A DNA stretch of 39,185 nucleotides from a virus. Positions 15,215 to 26,682 of this stretch are shown in pieces. The notes beneath the pieces are model-generated. The model ran no database searches and was not told the origin of the DNA. It worked only from the letters and a program-made list of their open reading frames with translations. Numbering within the stretch: the first letter of the stretch is position 1; each line of letters begins with the position of its first letter. A program made the position numbers and the translations under genes. The DNA lies in UHGV virus genome UHGV-1491546. One strand, written 5' to 3'.

Positions 15215-15834
15215 GACTGGAAAGTGTAGCTAAATTTCATTCGCCAAAAAGCCCGATGATGAGCGACTCACCACGGGCTACGGCTTCTGACTCTCTTTCC
15301 GGTACTGATGTGATGGCTGCTATGGGGATGGCGCAATCACAAGCCGGATTCGGAATGGCTGCATTCTGTGGTAAGCACGAACTCAGCCAGAACGACAAAC
15401 AAAAGGCTATCAACTATCTGATGCAATTTGCACACAAGGTATCGGGGAAATACCGTGGTGTGGCAAAGCTCGAAGGAAATACTAAGGCAAAGGTACTGCA
15501 AGTGCTCGCAACATTCGCTTATGCGGATTATTGCCGTAGTGCCGCGACGCCGGGCGCAAGATGCAGAGATTGCCACGGTACAGGCCGTGCGGTTGATATA
15601 GCAAAAACAGAGCAGTGGGGGAGAGTTGTTGAGAAAGAATGCGGAAGATGCAAAGGCGTCGGTTATTCAAGAATGCCAGCAAGCGCTGCATATCGCGCTG
15701 TGACGATGCTAGTACCAAACCTTACCCAACCCACCTGGTCACGCACTGTTAAGCCGCTGTATGACGCTCTGGTGGTGCAATGCCACAAAGAAGAGTCAAT
15801 CGCAGACAACATTTTGAACGCGGTCACACGTTAG
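15211..15834 (+). CDS. Q: Q-type late antiterminator (P22 gene 23-like)
   Basis: 207 aa, last nin-operon gene directly upstream of a pR-prime-like promoter; Cys pairs CRDCHGTGR...CGRCKG as in Q zinc finger. Confidence 0.8.
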   Translation: MRLESVAKFHSPKSPMMSDSPRATASDSLSGTDVMAAMGMAQSQAGFGMAAFCGKHELSQNDKQKAINYLMQFAHKVSGKYRGVAKLEGNTKAKVLQVLATFAYADYCRSAATPGARCRDCHGTGRAVDIAKTEQWGRVVEKECGRCKGVGYSRMPASAAYRAVTMLVPNLTQPTWSRTVKPLYDALVVQCHKEESIADNILNAVTR

Positions 15835-15876
15835 CAGCATGATTGCCACGGATGGCAACATATTAACGGCATAATA

Positions 15877-15905
15877 TTGACTTTTTGAATAAAGTTGGGT
15901 AAATT
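15877..15905 (+). promoter_or_regulatory. late promoter pR-prime
   Basis: -35 TTGACT (15877-15882), 17-bp spacer, -10 TAAATT (15900-15905); same hexamers as recalled for lambda pR-prime; 43 bp after Q stop. Confidence 0.65.
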
Positions 15906-15935
15906 TGACTCAACGATGGGTTGCTGCCTTCGTTC

Positions 15936-15966
15936 AAGCCCTGATATTAACGTCTCGGGGCTTTTT
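15936..15966 (+). terminator. candidate tR-prime hairpin in the late leader
   Basis: AAGCCC ... GGGCTT stem with large loop followed by TTTTT; weak, position uncertain. Confidence 0.3.
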
Positions 15967-16202
15967 GCGTTTTAAGCACAACGGAAAGCCTTATTTCATG
16001 CCCTGCTTAGTCTCGACACTAAGTATTTGGGAGAGTTGGCTTCCCCATGTGGTTAAAACAGGGTTTGTAATGGGTACTCAGCCAAAGAACCTTCCTGTAG
16101 GGCGCTGAGCTAAGTCTCACGTAGTAGCCACCACATCCTAACCTGCTACCTCAGGAAATCGGTCGAAAGACGCCTGATAAACGTAACTGGTCCCATTCAG
16201 CT

Positions 16203-16559
16203 ATGGCTAGACCGGCCAGTCGAAAAGCAGTATCGTCACTGCCTGCCATAGCGAACATAGACGAGCAACTAGACGAGGTTGTTATGGAAAAAATCTCTGA
16301 AAGAGAACTGCATTTTCTCAATCGAATTCTTCAATTTAAGCAGGAGAGAATTGCTGATTCTGACGTACAGGATGATGAGATTCTCATGGTTGACTCATTG
16401 GTCCGTCATGGATATCTTGCTGTTGGCTTTTTCGACCGTGATAATAACGGCGGATATCATAGCTTAATGCAATACTACTCTCTTACCGAACTTGGCGTTG
16501 CAGCTCATAAAGATGAATGGAAATGGAGAGGGAATCCAAATTCAAATAAAGGTCGCTAA
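16203..16559 (+). CDS. hypothetical moron protein between Q and holin
   Basis: Track ORF 118 aa; better-supported start at ATG 16284 (GAGG SD, 92 aa); stop codon sits in the loop of its own terminator. Confidence 0.55.
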   Translation: MARPASRKAVSSLPAIANIDEQLDEVVMEKISERELHFLNRILQFKQERIADSDVQDDEILMVDSLVRHGYLAVGFFDRDNNGGYHSLMQYYSLTELGVAAHKDEWKWRGNPNSNKGR

Positions 16560-16573
16560 GGCGGCCTTTTTAT
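16551..16573 (+). terminator. rho-independent terminator of the Q-S moron
   Basis: GGTCGC-TAAG-GCGGCC hairpin (one G-U pair) followed by TTTTTATT. Confidence 0.6.
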
Positions 16574-16862
16574 TGCACGACATTTCTGAAAGCGCATTCC
16601 ACCAAAAACCAGACAGACAAAACCCTCACCTTATCCGCTGTGGCTACGGTGCGGCGTGCTTTGCATAAAAGAAAACCAGCTCAATGGCTGGCTTCGTGAA
16701 AGCGGGTGGCAAGAGGTTGCGCTAACAACCTGATGCCGTTTTGCCCGTGCATATCGGTCACGAACAAATCTGATTACTAAACACAGTATCCTGGATTTGT
16801 TCTATCAGTAATCGACCTTATTCCTAATTAAATAGAGCAAATCCCCTTATTGGGGGTAAGAC

Positions 16863-17186
16863 ATGAAGATGCCAGAAAAACATGACCTGTTAGCCGCCAT
16901 TCTCGCGGCAAAGGAACAAGGCATCGGGGCAATCCTTGCGTTTGCAATGGCGTACCTTCGCGGCAGATATAATGGCGGTGCGTTTACAAAAACAGTAATC
17001 GACGCAACGATGTGCGCCATTATCGCCTGGTTCATTCGTGACCTTCTCGACTTCGCCGGACTAAGTAGCAATCTCGCTTATATAACGAGCGTGTTCATCG
17101 GCTACATCGGTACTGACTCGATTGGTTCGCTTATCAAACGCTTCGCTGCTAAAAAAGCCGGAGTAGAAGATGGTGGAAATCAATAA
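16863..17186 (+). CDS. S: holin, lambda S family
   Basis: 107 aa; [41 protein letters not shown]... essentially the recalled lambda S sequence, including the dual-start Met1-Lys2-Met3. Confidence 0.9.
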   Translation: MKMPEKHDLLAAILAAKEQGIGAILAFAMAYLRGRYNGGAFTKTVIDATMCAIIAWFIRDLLDFAGLSSNLAYITSVFIGYIGTDSIGSLIKRFAAKKAGVEDGGNQ

Positions 17187-17646
17187 TCAACGTAAGGCGT
17201 TCCTCGATATGCTGGCGTGGTCAGAGGGAACAGATAACGGACGACAGAAAACCAGAAATCATGGTTATGACGTCATTGTAGGAGGAGAGCTATTCACTGA
17301 TTACTCCGATCACCCTCGCAAACTTGTCACGCTAAACCCCAAACTCAAATCAACAGCCGCCGGACGTTATCAGCTTCTTTCACGCTGGTGGGATGCCTAC
17401 CGTAAGCAGCTTGCTCTGAAAGACTTCTCCCCCAAAAGCCAGGATGCTGTGGCACTGCAACAGATTAAAGAGCGTGGCGCTTTACCGATGATTGATCGCG
17501 GTGATATTCGTCAGGCTATCGACCGTTGCAGCAATATCTGGGCTTCACTGCCGGGCGCTGGTTATGGTCAGTTCGAGCATAAGGCTGACAACCTGATTGC
17601 AAAATTCAAAGAAGCTGGCGGAACGGTCAGAGAGATTGAGGTATGA
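17170..17646 (+). CDS. R: endolysin, lambda R-type lytic transglycosylase
   Basis: 158 aa; [39 protein letters not shown]... matches recalled lambda R. Confidence 0.9.
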   Translation: MVEINNQRKAFLDMLAWSEGTDNGRQKTRNHGYDVIVGGELFTDYSDHPRKLVTLNPKLKSTAAGRYQLLSRWWDAYRKQLALKDFSPKSQDAVALQQIKERGALPMIDRGDIRQAIDRCSNIWASLPGAGYGQFEHKADNLIAKFKEAGGTVREIEV

Positions 17647-18080
17647 GCAGAGTAACCGCGATTATCTCCGCTCTGGTTATCTGCATCATCGTCTGCCTGT
17701 CATGGGCTGTTAATCATTACCGTGATAACGCCATGACCTACAAAGAGCAGCGCGATAAAGCCACATCCATCATCGCTGATATGCAGAAGCGTCAACGTGA
17801 TGTAGCAGAACTCGACGCCAGATACACAAAGGAGCTTGCTGATGCTAACGCGACTATCGAAAGTCTCCGTGCTGATGTTTCTGCTGGGCGTAAGCGCCTG
17901 CAAGTCGCCGCCACCTGTGCAAAGTCAACGACCGGAGCCAGCAGCATGGGCGATGGAGAAAGCCCAAGACTTACAGCAGATGCTGAACTCAATTATTACC
18001 GTCTCCGAAGTGGAATCGACAAGATAACCGCGCAGGTTAACTACCTGCAGGAATACATCAGGACGCAATGCCTGAAATGA
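17643..18080 (+). CDS. Rz: Rz i-spanin
   Basis: 145 aa with N-terminal TM helix and coiled-coil periplasmic domain; overlaps R stop; contains embedded Rz1. Confidence 0.85.
   Translation: MSRVTAIISALVICIIVCLSWAVNHYRDNAMTYKEQRDKATSIIADMQKRQRDVAELDARYTKELADANATIESLRADVSAGRKRLQVAATCAKSTTGASSMGDGESPRLTADAELNYYRLRSGIDKITAQVNYLQEYIRTQCLK
17836..18027 (+). CDS. Rz1: Rz1 o-spanin lipoprotein (embedded in Rz, +1 frame)
   Basis: Signal peptide with lipobox LGVSAC followed by Pro-rich segment ([17 protein letters not shown]); wholly inside Rz in a different frame. Confidence 0.7.
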   Translation: MLMLTRLSKVSVLMFLLGVSACKSPPPVQSQRPEPAAWAMEKAQDLQQMLNSIITVSEVESTR

Positions 18081-18115
18081 TCGGGCGATGAAAACCAAAA
18101 AAACAGGAGCAATAC

Positions 18116-18391
18116 ATGACTAAGCTTTATCACCGCATCTCAACTTTTCTCTCTGGGTGCTGGGCGTTTATCACGTCTATTTCGTTCGCCATCTTTAGTT
18201 TCGGTAGCACAGCATGCTCGCTTAGTCGGGGTATGTGGTGTGCTATTTCAGCACTAGCGCCGAAATTTTTACCTGAAAAGGCTGTTTGGCGAATTGTAGA
18301 GCGAATGTGTAGTGAGAGCGTTCGCGAGAAGATTAACGTATTTGGACGTCATCCTCGAAATACAGGCGCATTGTGCAGTTCGTTACTGTAG
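18116..18391 (+). CDS. hypothetical Cys-rich hydrophobic protein
   Basis: 91-aa ORF; ATG 18116 preceded by strong AGGAG SD. Confidence 0.45.
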   Translation: MTKLYHRISTFLSGCWAFITSISFAIFSFGSTACSLSRGMWCAISALAPKFLPEKAVWRIVERMCSESVREKINVFGRHPRNTGALCSSLL

Positions 18392-18616
18392 TCATTACAA
18401 AGCCCATCAATGGGTGAGCTTGATAATGAAACCGGAATTTATTCTGGGCCACCAGTTACGGCAGTACAGCGAAACAACCCAAGCCAGTAAGTGGGGAAAT
18501 AACACTGGCAGCCACTGAAAGATGAACCTACTGCCTTATGGCAAAAAAGATTCTTTGTGGTGGCGGACTGATGGAAAGACATCCTAATCAAGCAACCACT
18601 CCACAGGGTCATAATT

Positions 18617-18997
18617 ATGAACGACCAGCAAATCGAAAAAGAAATCGTTGAGAAAGGCAAAACGGCACCGCGAATCACCCCGCAGCACATCGAAGACGTG
18701 ATTAAAAGCGAGCATTACTTTACTGCTTATGATGGACGTAATGGTGCCATTTCCAGCAACGAATATTGTGGCAGAGAAAAACCAGAAGAAGGCGATCGTG
18801 ATTTATCACCATTGAAGTTGCTCACTTTCTGCGTACTGGTGCTGAAGAATGGCTTCACCGTCACCGGAGAGAGTGCCTGTGCAAGCCCGGAAAACTTTGA
18901 TGCAGAAATTGGTCGGAAGATTGCCAGACAGAATGCTGTAAACAAAATCTGGATGCTCGAAGGTTACTTGCTGAAGCAGAAGCTAAGCGAACAGTAG
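18617..18997 (+). CDS. hypothetical protein upstream of terminase
   Basis: 126-aa ORF; weak SD; no recognisable family. Confidence 0.5.
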   Translation: MNDQQIEKEIVEKGKTAPRITPQHIEDVIKSEHYFTAYDGRNGAISSNEYCGREKPEEGDRDLSPLKLLTFCVLVLKNGFTVTGESACASPENFDAEIGRKIARQNAVNKIWMLEGYLLKQKLSEQ

Positions 18998-19100
18998 TTA
19001 TTACAAAAGCCATTCCCTACAGAGTGGCTTTGATAATTGCTTATACCCTACACGGGATAACTTAACTGATATCCCTTTTAACGGATAAACGGAGCCAACA

Positions 19101-19343
19101 ATGGCAGAGATTATTCCCATGACTGAAGAACAGAAATTCCAGTTAGAGATTTACAAGCTGGTCATGAACCAGAACGCAGCCGCAGAGGAAGCATTTCAAT
19201 TCATCGGCACTGACGAGCTGAAGCTTGAGCTATTTAAAATTCACTTCCAGTCAGGCGGCGCTAATTCAGATATCACGACCCGCACTATCGAAGCGGTACG
19301 TAAATCGAAGGAAGCGTTAGACCTGTTCACCACCGGAGCATGA
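19101..19343 (+). CDS. hypothetical protein
   Basis: 80-aa ORF; ATG preceded by GGAG. Confidence 0.5.
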   Translation: MAEIIPMTEEQKFQLEIYKLVMNQNAAAEEAFQFIGTDELKLELFKIHFQSGGANSDITTRTIEAVRKSKEALDLFTTGA

Positions 19344-19344
19344 T

Positions 19345-19524
19345 GTGAGTCGCGTAATAAATTTGGGTAAGGAGAAGAAATTCCCAATTACTCAAGAGCT
19401 ATACGAGCGGATGGAAAGCGTCATCCATGATTACGATGGTGAAATCAGTTTATGCGAGGCGATTGGCACACTCGAATTGCTGAAGCAGTCACTGATTGAA
19501 GGCGCGAAAGAGTCCTCAACCTGA
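19345..19524 (+). CDS. small hypothetical protein (59 aa)
   Basis: GTG start 2 nt after previous stop; open to TGA at 19522-19524; below track cutoff. Confidence 0.3.
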   Translation: MSRVINLGKEKKFPITQELYERMESVIHDYDGEISLCEAIGTLELLKQSLIEGAKESST

Positions 19525-19541
19525 AATGACAATTAAGTGAG

Positions 19542-20036
19542 ATGAATATGGCAGCACCAAAGGGCAACCGATTTTGGGAGGCCCGCAGTAGTCATGGGCG
19601 AAATCCTAAATTCGAATCGCCTGAGGCGCTGTGGGCTGCTTGTTGTGAATACTTCGAGTGGGCTGATGATAACCCGCTATGGGAGGGTAAGGTATTTTCA
19701 TATCAGGGAGAAATAATTAAGGCTAATGTCCCTAAGATGCGAGCCATGACTATTTCAGGATTGTGTACCTTCCTTGATATCACCAGGCAAACATGGGGAA
19801 CCTTCCGGTCAATGGAAGGTTTTTCTGACGTCACATCACGAGCGGAAGACATCATCTACGACCAGAAATTCTCTGGCGCAGCCGCTGACCTTCTCAACGC
19901 TAACATCATCGCCCGTGATTTGGGCCTCAAAGAGCAGTCGCAAGTTGAAGACGTGACACCTGATAAGGGAGATCGCGATAAGCGACGCTCTCGTATCAAG
20001 GAGCTATTCAACCGTGGAACTGGACGCGATTCTTGA
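19542..20036 (+). CDS. terminase small subunit
   Basis: 164 aa immediately upstream of and overlapping terL; N-terminus [22 protein letters not shown] typical of TerS. Confidence 0.75.
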   Translation: MNMAAPKGNRFWEARSSHGRNPKFESPEALWAACCEYFEWADDNPLWEGKVFSYQGEIIKANVPKMRAMTISGLCTFLDITRQTWGTFRSMEGFSDVTSRAEDIIYDQKFSGAAADLLNANIIARDLGLKEQSQVEDVTPDKGDRDKRRSRIKELFNRGTGRDS

Positions 20037-21513
20037 TAACCTGAGCGACGAAGAGCAAATCGAATTGCTCGAGCTACTCGAAGAAGAAGAGTACTACCGG
20101 AACACACACCTGCTATATGAATTTACGCCATACAGCAAACAGCGTGAGTTCATCGACGCCGGACATGACTATCCAGAGCGATGTTTTATGGCTGGTAACC
20201 AGCTTGGTAAGTCATTTACTGGTGCTGCTGAAGTCGCGTTTCACCTTACCGGGCGTTATCCGGGCACAAAAGGCTATCCGGCTGATGGTAAATATGGTGG
20301 GGAGTGGAAAGGTAAGCGTTTCTATGAGCCTGTTGTCTTCTGGATTGGCGGCGAGACAAACGAGACTGTAACCAAAACGACTCAACGCATCCTGTGTGGT
20401 CGTATCGAAGAGAATGATGAGCCAGGCTACGGTTCCATACCTAAAGAAGACATCATTAGCTGGAAGAAGTCTCCTTTCTTTCCGAACCTTGTTGATCATC
20501 TTCTGGTTAAGCATCACACGGCTGATGGCGTTGAAGATGGCATTTCAATCTGCTACTTCAAACCATACTCGCAAGGCCGCGCTCGCTGGCAGGGTGACAC
20601 AATCCACGGCGTGTGGTTTGACGAAGAGCCACCATACAGCATTTATGGCGAAGGTCTTACCCGTACCAACAAATACGGGCAATTCTCAATTCTGACGTTT
20701 ACCCCGCTGATGGGGATGTCTGACGTTGTTACCAAGTTCCTGAAGAATCCCAGCAAGTCGCAGAAAGTGGTCAACATGACCATCTATGACGCCGAGCACT
20801 ACACAGACGAGCAGAAAGAGCAAATCATCGCATCCTATCCTGAGCATGAGAGAGAGGCGCGTGCTCGCGGTATTCCTACGATGGGTAGCGGGCGAATCTT
20901 CCAGATACCGGAAGAGACGATTAAGTGTCAGCCGTTCGAGTGTCCTGATCACTTCTACGTAATTGGCGGGATGGATTTCGGATGGGATCACCCGCAGGCG
21001 CAGGTTCAGCTTTGGTGGGATAAGGACGCAGACACAATCTACGTTTCACGCGTGTGGAAGGCGAAAGAAAAAACAGCGGTTCAGGCATGGGGAGCTGTTA
21101 AATCATGGGCGCATAAAGTGCCAACCGCATGGCCTCATGACGGAAACCAGCATGAGAAGGGCGGCGGTGAGCAGCTCAAAGGGCAGTATGCAGACGCTGG
21201 ATTTATGATGTTGCAGGAGCATGCGACATGGCATGATGGCGGTAACGCTGTTGAGCCTGGCATCACTGAATTGCGAGACATGATGCTCGACGGTCGCTTC
21301 AAAGTATTCAACACCTGTGAGCCATTCTTTGAGGAGTTCCGCCTCTATCACCGTGATGAAAACGGGAAAATCGTCAAGCTTAACGACGACGTGCTATCCG
21401 CCGTTCGCTATGCATACATGATGCGCCGCTTCGCAAAAATGATGCGCGACATCAAAAAACCAAAAGAGAAAAAGATACCAGCCCCAATCAGGCCCATCGC
21501 ACGGAGAACTTAA
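20014..21513 (+). CDS. terminase large subunit (P22 gp2-like)
   Basis: 499 aa, same length as recalled P22 gp2; GTG start overlapping terS; followed directly by portal. Confidence 0.9.
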   Translation: MELDAILDNLSDEEQIELLELLEEEEYYRNTHLLYEFTPYSKQREFIDAGHDYPERCFMAGNQLGKSFTGAAEVAFHLTGRYPGTKGYPADGKYGGEWKGKRFYEPVVFWIGGETNETVTKTTQRILCGRIEENDEPGYGSIPKEDIISWKKSPFFPNLVDHLLVKHHTADGVEDGISICYFKPYSQGRARWQGDTIHGVWFDEEPPYSIYGEGLTRTNKYGQFSILTFTPLMGMSDVVTKFLKNPSKSQKVVNMTIYDAEHYTDEQKEQIIASYPEHEREARARGIPTMGSGRIFQIPEETIKCQPFECPDHFYVIGGMDFGWDHPQAQVQLWWDKDADTIYVSRVWKAKEKTAVQAWGAVKSWAHKVPTAWPHDGNQHEKGGGEQLKGQYADAGFMMLQEHATWHDGGNAVEPGITELRDMMLDGRFKVFNTCEPFFEEFRLYHRDENGKIVKLNDDVLSAVRYAYMMRRFAKMMRDIKKPKEKKIPAPIRPIARRT

Positions 21514-23679
21514 ATGGCCGACGAAAACAGACTCAATTCCATTCTGTGTAAGTTTGACGCAGACTGGATGGCGAGCGATGAAGCCAGAACCGAGGCGACA
21601 AATGACCTGTATTTTAGCCGAGTGTCGCAATGGGATGACTGGCTATCAAACTACACGACCCTGCAATATCGCGGACAATTCGATGTTGTTCGCCCGGTGG
21701 TCAGGAAGCTGGTCGCAGAGATGCGCCGTAACCCTATCGACGTTCTCTTCAGACCAAAAGACGGCGCTAATCCTGATGCTGCCGATGTGTTGATGGGAAT
21801 GTATCGTACTGATATGCGCCATAACACGGCAAAGATTGCCGTTAACGTTGGCGTTCGTGAGCAGATAGAGTCCGGCGTTGGTGCATGGCGTCTGGTCACC
21901 CAGTACGAAGACAACGACCCAACAAGCAACAATCAGGTAATCCGACGCCTGCCAATCCATGAAGCCTGCTCACACGTTATATGGGACGCCAACAGCAAGC
22001 AGATGGATAAGAGCGACGCTAAGCACTGCACGGTGATTAACGCTTTGTCACGCAATGGATGGAAAGAGTTCGCAGAGGATTACGGTATTGATCCGGACAC
22101 CCTGCCATCTTTCCAGAATCCGAACGATACATGGCTGTTTCCGTGGGTATCGAATGATGTCGTATACGTCGCTGAGTATTACGAGGTAGAAGAGAAGAAA
22201 GAGAAAGTTTTCATCTACCGCGACCCGCTGACAGGTGAGCCGGTCAGCTATTACCAGCAGGATATTAAAGACGTTATCGACGACCTGGCTAATCGTGGAT
22301 TCATTAAGGTAGCAGAGCGCAAGGTGAAGCGTCGGCGTGTGTATAAGTCGATCATCACTTGCACGCAGATACTGAAAGACCGCGAGAAGATAGCCGGAGA
22401 GCATATTCCAATCGTTCCAGTGTATGGCGAATGGTCATTCGCTGGTGACAAGGAGTGCTACGAGGGCGTGGTAAGGCTGACGAAAGACGGTCAACGCCTT
22501 CGTAACATGATCATGTCGTTCAACGCCGATATTGTTGCTCGTTCACCGAAGAAGAAACCGACCTTCTTCCCTGAGCAAATCGAAGGCTACGAATACATGT
22601 ACGGTGGAAATGATGACTATCCGTACTATCTGCAGAACAGGACCGATGAAAACGGTAGCGACCTGCCGATTGGTCCAATCTCCTACATGGAAAACCCTGA
22701 AGTGCCGCAAGCCAACGCTTACATGCTTGAGGCTGCCACCAACGCAGTGAAAGAGGTGGCTAGTCTTGGCGTGGATGCGCAGGCAGCAAACTCTCAGGTC
22801 GCTTTCGATACTGTCAATCAACTGAACATGCGAGCAGACCTTGAGACATATGTGTTTCAGGATAACCTGGCTACCGCAATGCGACGTGATGGCGAGATTT
22901 ATGCCTCAATGGTCAACGATATTTATGACGTTCCTCGTCATGTAACGCTGACACTTGAAGATGGTAGCGAGAAAGACGTTCAACTCTACGCGCAAGTTGT
23001 CGATTACCAGTCCGGTAATGTGGTCACACTCAACGACATTCGCGGTCGCTATGAGTGCTATACAGACGTTGGACCATCCTTCCAGAGTATGAAGGAACAG
23101 AACCGCGCAGAGATTCAGGAGTTACTCACCAAGGTTCCACAAGGTACTCCAGAGTTCCAGATGCTGATGCTGCAATACTTCACGCTGCTTGACGGTAAAG
23201 GCGTCGAGATGATGCGAGAGTACGCGAACAAGCAACTGGTGATGATGGGGCTGAAGAAACCAGAAACACCTGAAGAGATGGAGATGGTACAACAGGCACA
23301 ACAACAGCCGCAGCAGCCATCAGCAGAGCAAATTCAGGCGCAGGGCATCCTTCTGCAAGGTCAGGCTGAATTGCTCAAGGCAGAGAACCAACAGGCGCAG
23401 ATTCAGGTTGAGGCCGCCAAGGTTGAAGCCCAAAACCAACTCAACGCCGCGAAGATCGCAGAGATCTTCAACAATATGGACCTCGACAAGCAGGCAGAAC
23501 TGCGTGAGTACCTCAAGCTCGTAGGTCAATTCCAGCAACAGCGCAGCAAAGATGCTCGTGCTAACGCTGAGCTGCTTCTTAAAGATGCAGACCAGACTCA
23601 TTCACAACGCATGGATTTCGCGAATCTTATGCGTCAAGTTCAAATCCCCTCCGGCGGAGTAGCCGAGACACCTCAATAA
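21514..23679 (+). CDS. portal protein (P22 gp1-like)
   Basis: 721 aa; long stretches match recalled P22 portal ([14 protein letters not shown]..., [37 protein letters not shown]). Confidence 0.9.
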   Translation: MADENRLNSILCKFDADWMASDEARTEATNDLYFSRVSQWDDWLSNYTTLQYRGQFDVVRPVVRKLVAEMRRNPIDVLFRPKDGANPDAADVLMGMYRTDMRHNTAKIAVNVGVREQIESGVGAWRLVTQYEDNDPTSNNQVIRRLPIHEACSHVIWDANSKQMDKSDAKHCTVINALSRNGWKEFAEDYGIDPDTLPSFQNPNDTWLFPWVSNDVVYVAEYYEVEEKKEKVFIYRDPLTGEPVSYYQQDIKDVIDDLANRGFIKVAERKVKRRRVYKSIITCTQILKDREKIAGEHIPIVPVYGEWSFAGDKECYEGVVRLTKDGQRLRNMIMSFNADIVARSPKKKPTFFPEQIEGYEYMYGGNDDYPYYLQNRTDENGSDLPIGPISYMENPEVPQANAYMLEAATNAVKEVASLGVDAQAANSQVAFDTVNQLNMRADLETYVFQDNLATAMRRDGEIYASMVNDIYDVPRHVTLTLEDGSEKDVQLYAQVVDYQSGNVVTLNDIRGRYECYTDVGPSFQSMKEQNRAEIQELLTKVPQGTPEFQMLMLQYFTLLDGKGVEMMREYANKQLVMMGLKKPETPEEMEMVQQAQQQPQQPSAEQIQAQGILLQGQAELLKAENQQAQIQVEAAKVEAQNQLNAAKIAEIFNNMDLDKQAELREYLKLVGQFQQQRSKDARANAELLLKDADQTHSQRMDFANLMRQVQIPSGGVAETPQ

Positions 23680-23692
23680 GAGAGAGTTAATC

Positions 23693-24604
23693 ATGGACCA
23701 AACCACCGACATTCAGGCTTCTGAAGAATTAACCCTGCCCGGCAATCATGCAGCGGCATCTGCTGATGGCTTAGTTGTCGATAATGCCAACGACAACGCA
23801 GGTCAGGAAGAAGGCTTCGAGATTGTCCTGAAAGACGATGAGAAACCAAAACAAGACCCGGCAACTAATGCTGAATTTGCCCGTCGCCGCATCGAACGCA
23901 AACGCCAGCGTGAGCTTGAGCAGCAGATGGAAGCGGTTAAGCGTGGAGAGTTGCCGGAGCACCTGCGGGTGAGTCCTGAGTTACCAAAACAACCAGACCC
24001 TAACGATTATCTTTCCGAAGACGCACTGGCTAAGTACGACTATGACCAGAGCCGCGCACTGGCGGCCTTCCAGCAGGCAAACAGTGAATGGCAGATCAAG
24101 GCTATGGACGCACGAAGCCAGGCTGTCGCCGAGCAGGGCCGCAAAACTCAGGAGTTCACCCAGCAATCAGCGCAATACGTCGAGGCAGCCCGTAAGCACT
24201 ACGACGCAGCGGAAAAGCTCAACATCCCTGACTATCAGGAGAAAGAGGATGCATTCATGCAAATGGTGCCGCCAGCAGTCGGTGCCGACATCATGCGTCT
24301 CTTCCCGGAGAAATCCGCTGCTCTCATGTATCACCTTGGTGCTAATCCTGAGAAAACACGCCAGTTGCTGGCGATGGACGGGCAATCCGCGCTGATTGAA
24401 CTCACTCGACTGTCAGAACGTTTAACTCTCAAGCCTCGAGCCAAACCTGTTTCAGAAGCCCCGCTACCTGATGAACCCATTCAGGGGCACGCTGTTGCTG
24501 CAAATATCTCTGCGATTGAAAAGCAGATGGAAGCGGCAGCAAACAAAGGGGATGTAGAGACGTACCGCAAGCTTAAGGCGCAACTGAATAAAGGAATTCG
24601 ATAA
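23693..24604 (+). CDS. scaffolding protein (P22 gp8-like)
   Basis: 303 aa, same length as P22 gp8; matches recalled gp8 along its length, e.g. [13 protein letters not shown] and [11 protein letters not shown]. Confidence 0.85.
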   Translation: MDQTTDIQASEELTLPGNHAAASADGLVVDNANDNAGQEEGFEIVLKDDEKPKQDPATNAEFARRRIERKRQRELEQQMEAVKRGELPEHLRVSPELPKQPDPNDYLSEDALAKYDYDQSRALAAFQQANSEWQIKAMDARSQAVAEQGRKTQEFTQQSAQYVEAARKHYDAAEKLNIPDYQEKEDAFMQMVPPAVGADIMRLFPEKSAALMYHLGANPEKTRQLLAMDGQSALIELTRLSERLTLKPRAKPVSEAPLPDEPIQGHAVAANISAIEKQMEAAANKGDVETYRKLKAQLNKGIR

Positions 24605-25899
24605 TGGCATTAAATGAAGGTCAACTGGTCACGTATGCTCTGGATGAAATCATCGAAACCGTCCAGAACCTGACGCCAATGGCGTCCAAAGTGACAAAAT
24701 ACACCCCTCCGGCAGAATCCATGCAGCGTTCAAGCAACACCGTGTGGATGCCTGTTGAGCAGGAAGCGCCAACCCAGACTGGCTGGGATTTAACTGGCAA
24801 CGCAACCGGGATTCTGGAACTCTCCGTGAAATGCAACATGGGCGATCCGGATAACGATTTCTTCGAGCTTCGTGCAGATGACCTGCGTGATGAGCGTTCT
24901 TACCGTCGCCGCATCCAGGCATCCGCCAAAAAACTGGCGAATAACATTGAGTCAGCGATTGCCAAACAGGCAACTGAAATGGGCTCGCTTGTTGTTCACG
25001 ATACCCGCGCAATTGGTCCATCTACTGGCCTGTCTGGCTGGGATTTTGTGTCTGATGCAGAGCGCCTGATGTTCTCCCGTGAGCTAAACCGCGATATGGG
25101 CATCAGTTACTTCCTGAACCCTGACGATTACCGCAAAGCAGGCCGCAACCTGGTAGATGGTGACATCTTTGGGCGCGTTCCTGAAGACGCGTATCGCAAC
25201 GGTACTATTCAGCGTCAGATTGCTGGCTTTGATGAAATTCTTCGCTCACCGAAACTTCCGGCAGTTACCAAGTCAACCGCTACTGGTGTAACTGTTTCTG
25301 GTGCGCAGAAGTTTAAGCCGCAGGCATACACCCTTGATACCGATGGTAACAAAGAGAACGTCGACAACCGTGTTGCAACGGTGACCGTATCCTCCACTAC
25401 CGGATTTAAGCGCGGCGACAAAATAAGCTTCACTGGTGTGAAATTCCTGTCTCAGATGGCGAAGAACGTGCTAACTGATGATGCGACTTTCTCAATCACC
25501 CGTGTGATCGATGGTACTCACATCGAAATCACGCCGAAACCGATTGCACTGGATGACGCGTCACTGACAAAAGAAGAGAAGGCTTACGCTAACGTAAACA
25601 CCTCTCTTGCTGATGCCACTCCGGTAAACGTTCTGAACGTGGCAACAACCACCGCTAACGTGTTCTGGGCTGATGACTCAATCCGCCTGCTGTCTCAGCC
25701 GATCCCGGTAACCCATGAACTGTTTGCTGGTATGAAAACTTCTTCCTTCAGCATTCCAGGCATTGGTGTTAACGGCATCTTCGCAACGCAGGGTGATATC
25801 AACACTCTGTCTGGTAAGTGCCGTATTGCTGTGTGGTATTCAGCATGTGCTGTACGACCAGAGGCAATTGGTGTTGGTCTGCCTAACCAGACTGCGTGA
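24604..25899 (+). CDS. major coat protein (P22 gp5-like)
   Basis: 431 aa; matches recalled P22 coat (MALNEGQ..., GDKISF.GVKFL.QMAKNVL, LSG.CRIA.WY). Confidence 0.9.
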   Translation: MALNEGQLVTYALDEIIETVQNLTPMASKVTKYTPPAESMQRSSNTVWMPVEQEAPTQTGWDLTGNATGILELSVKCNMGDPDNDFFELRADDLRDERSYRRRIQASAKKLANNIESAIAKQATEMGSLVVHDTRAIGPSTGLSGWDFVSDAERLMFSRELNRDMGISYFLNPDDYRKAGRNLVDGDIFGRVPEDAYRNGTIQRQIAGFDEILRSPKLPAVTKSTATGVTVSGAQKFKPQAYTLDTDGNKENVDNRVATVTVSSTTGFKRGDKISFTGVKFLSQMAKNVLTDDATFSITRVIDGTHIEITPKPIALDDASLTKEEKAYANVNTSLADATPVNVLNVATTTANVFWADDSIRLLSQPIPVTHELFAGMKTSSFSIPGIGVNGIFATQGDINTLSGKCRIAVWYSACAVRPEAIGVGLPNQTA

Positions 25900-25905
25900 T
25901 AACCA

Positions 25906-25930
25906 GAGGGAGCTTCGGCTCCCTTTTTTA
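25906..25930 (+). terminator. rho-independent terminator after the coat gene
   Basis: GGGAGC-TTCG-GCTCCC hairpin followed by TTTTTT. Confidence 0.7.
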
Positions 25931-25943
25931 TCTGGAGACAAGC

Positions 25944-26181
<238 letters not shown>

Positions 26182-26204
<23 letters not shown>

Positions 26205-26682
26205 TTTAGTTCTTGCGGCATTACGTAAGCTCGGTGTGGCATCAAATGCCACGTTAACCGATGTCGAACCGCAGTCTATGGAAGACGGCGTCAACGACCT
26301 TGAAATGATGATGGCTGAATGGCTTGGCGGTGATGTGTCACCAGGTATCAACGTTGGCTACATTTTCGCTGATGCAGATGTCGCTCCAGATCCGGGAGAT
26401 GAGCACGGTTTATCAAATAACGCTATCAATGCCGTCATTTTCAACCTTGCCTGCCGCATTGCTCCGGATTATGCGCTGGAAGCGTCAGCAAAACTTATAA
26501 CCACTGCCAGATACGGGAAAGAGCGACTCGTCAAACTGTCTGCAATGGACAGAGCAAAAGCCGCTAAATGTAAGTCCGGTTATCCAAACCGTATGCCTGT
26601 TGGTAGCGGTAACCAGTTGGCGAAGTGGAACGGTTGGAATTACTTCCACCGAAAGGAACCTTGCGATAACGGGAGCGAATAA
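26182..26682 (+). CDS. head completion / tail accessory protein (P22 gp4-like)
   Basis: 166 aa from ATG 26182, same length as P22 gp4; [33 protein letters not shown] matches recalled gp4; track ORF has a TTG-initiated upstream extension. Confidence 0.8.

Noticed and set aside
15905-16108. 67-aa plus-strand ORF starting inside the pR-prime -10 region
   Set aside because: TTG start within the promoter and leader, where a non-coding 6S-like leader RNA is expected; no SD.
20117-22821. Numerous 60-120 aa ORFs on both strands inside the terL and portal genes
   Set aside because: Embedded in or antisense to long genes with strong matches to terminase and portal; no independent expression signals.
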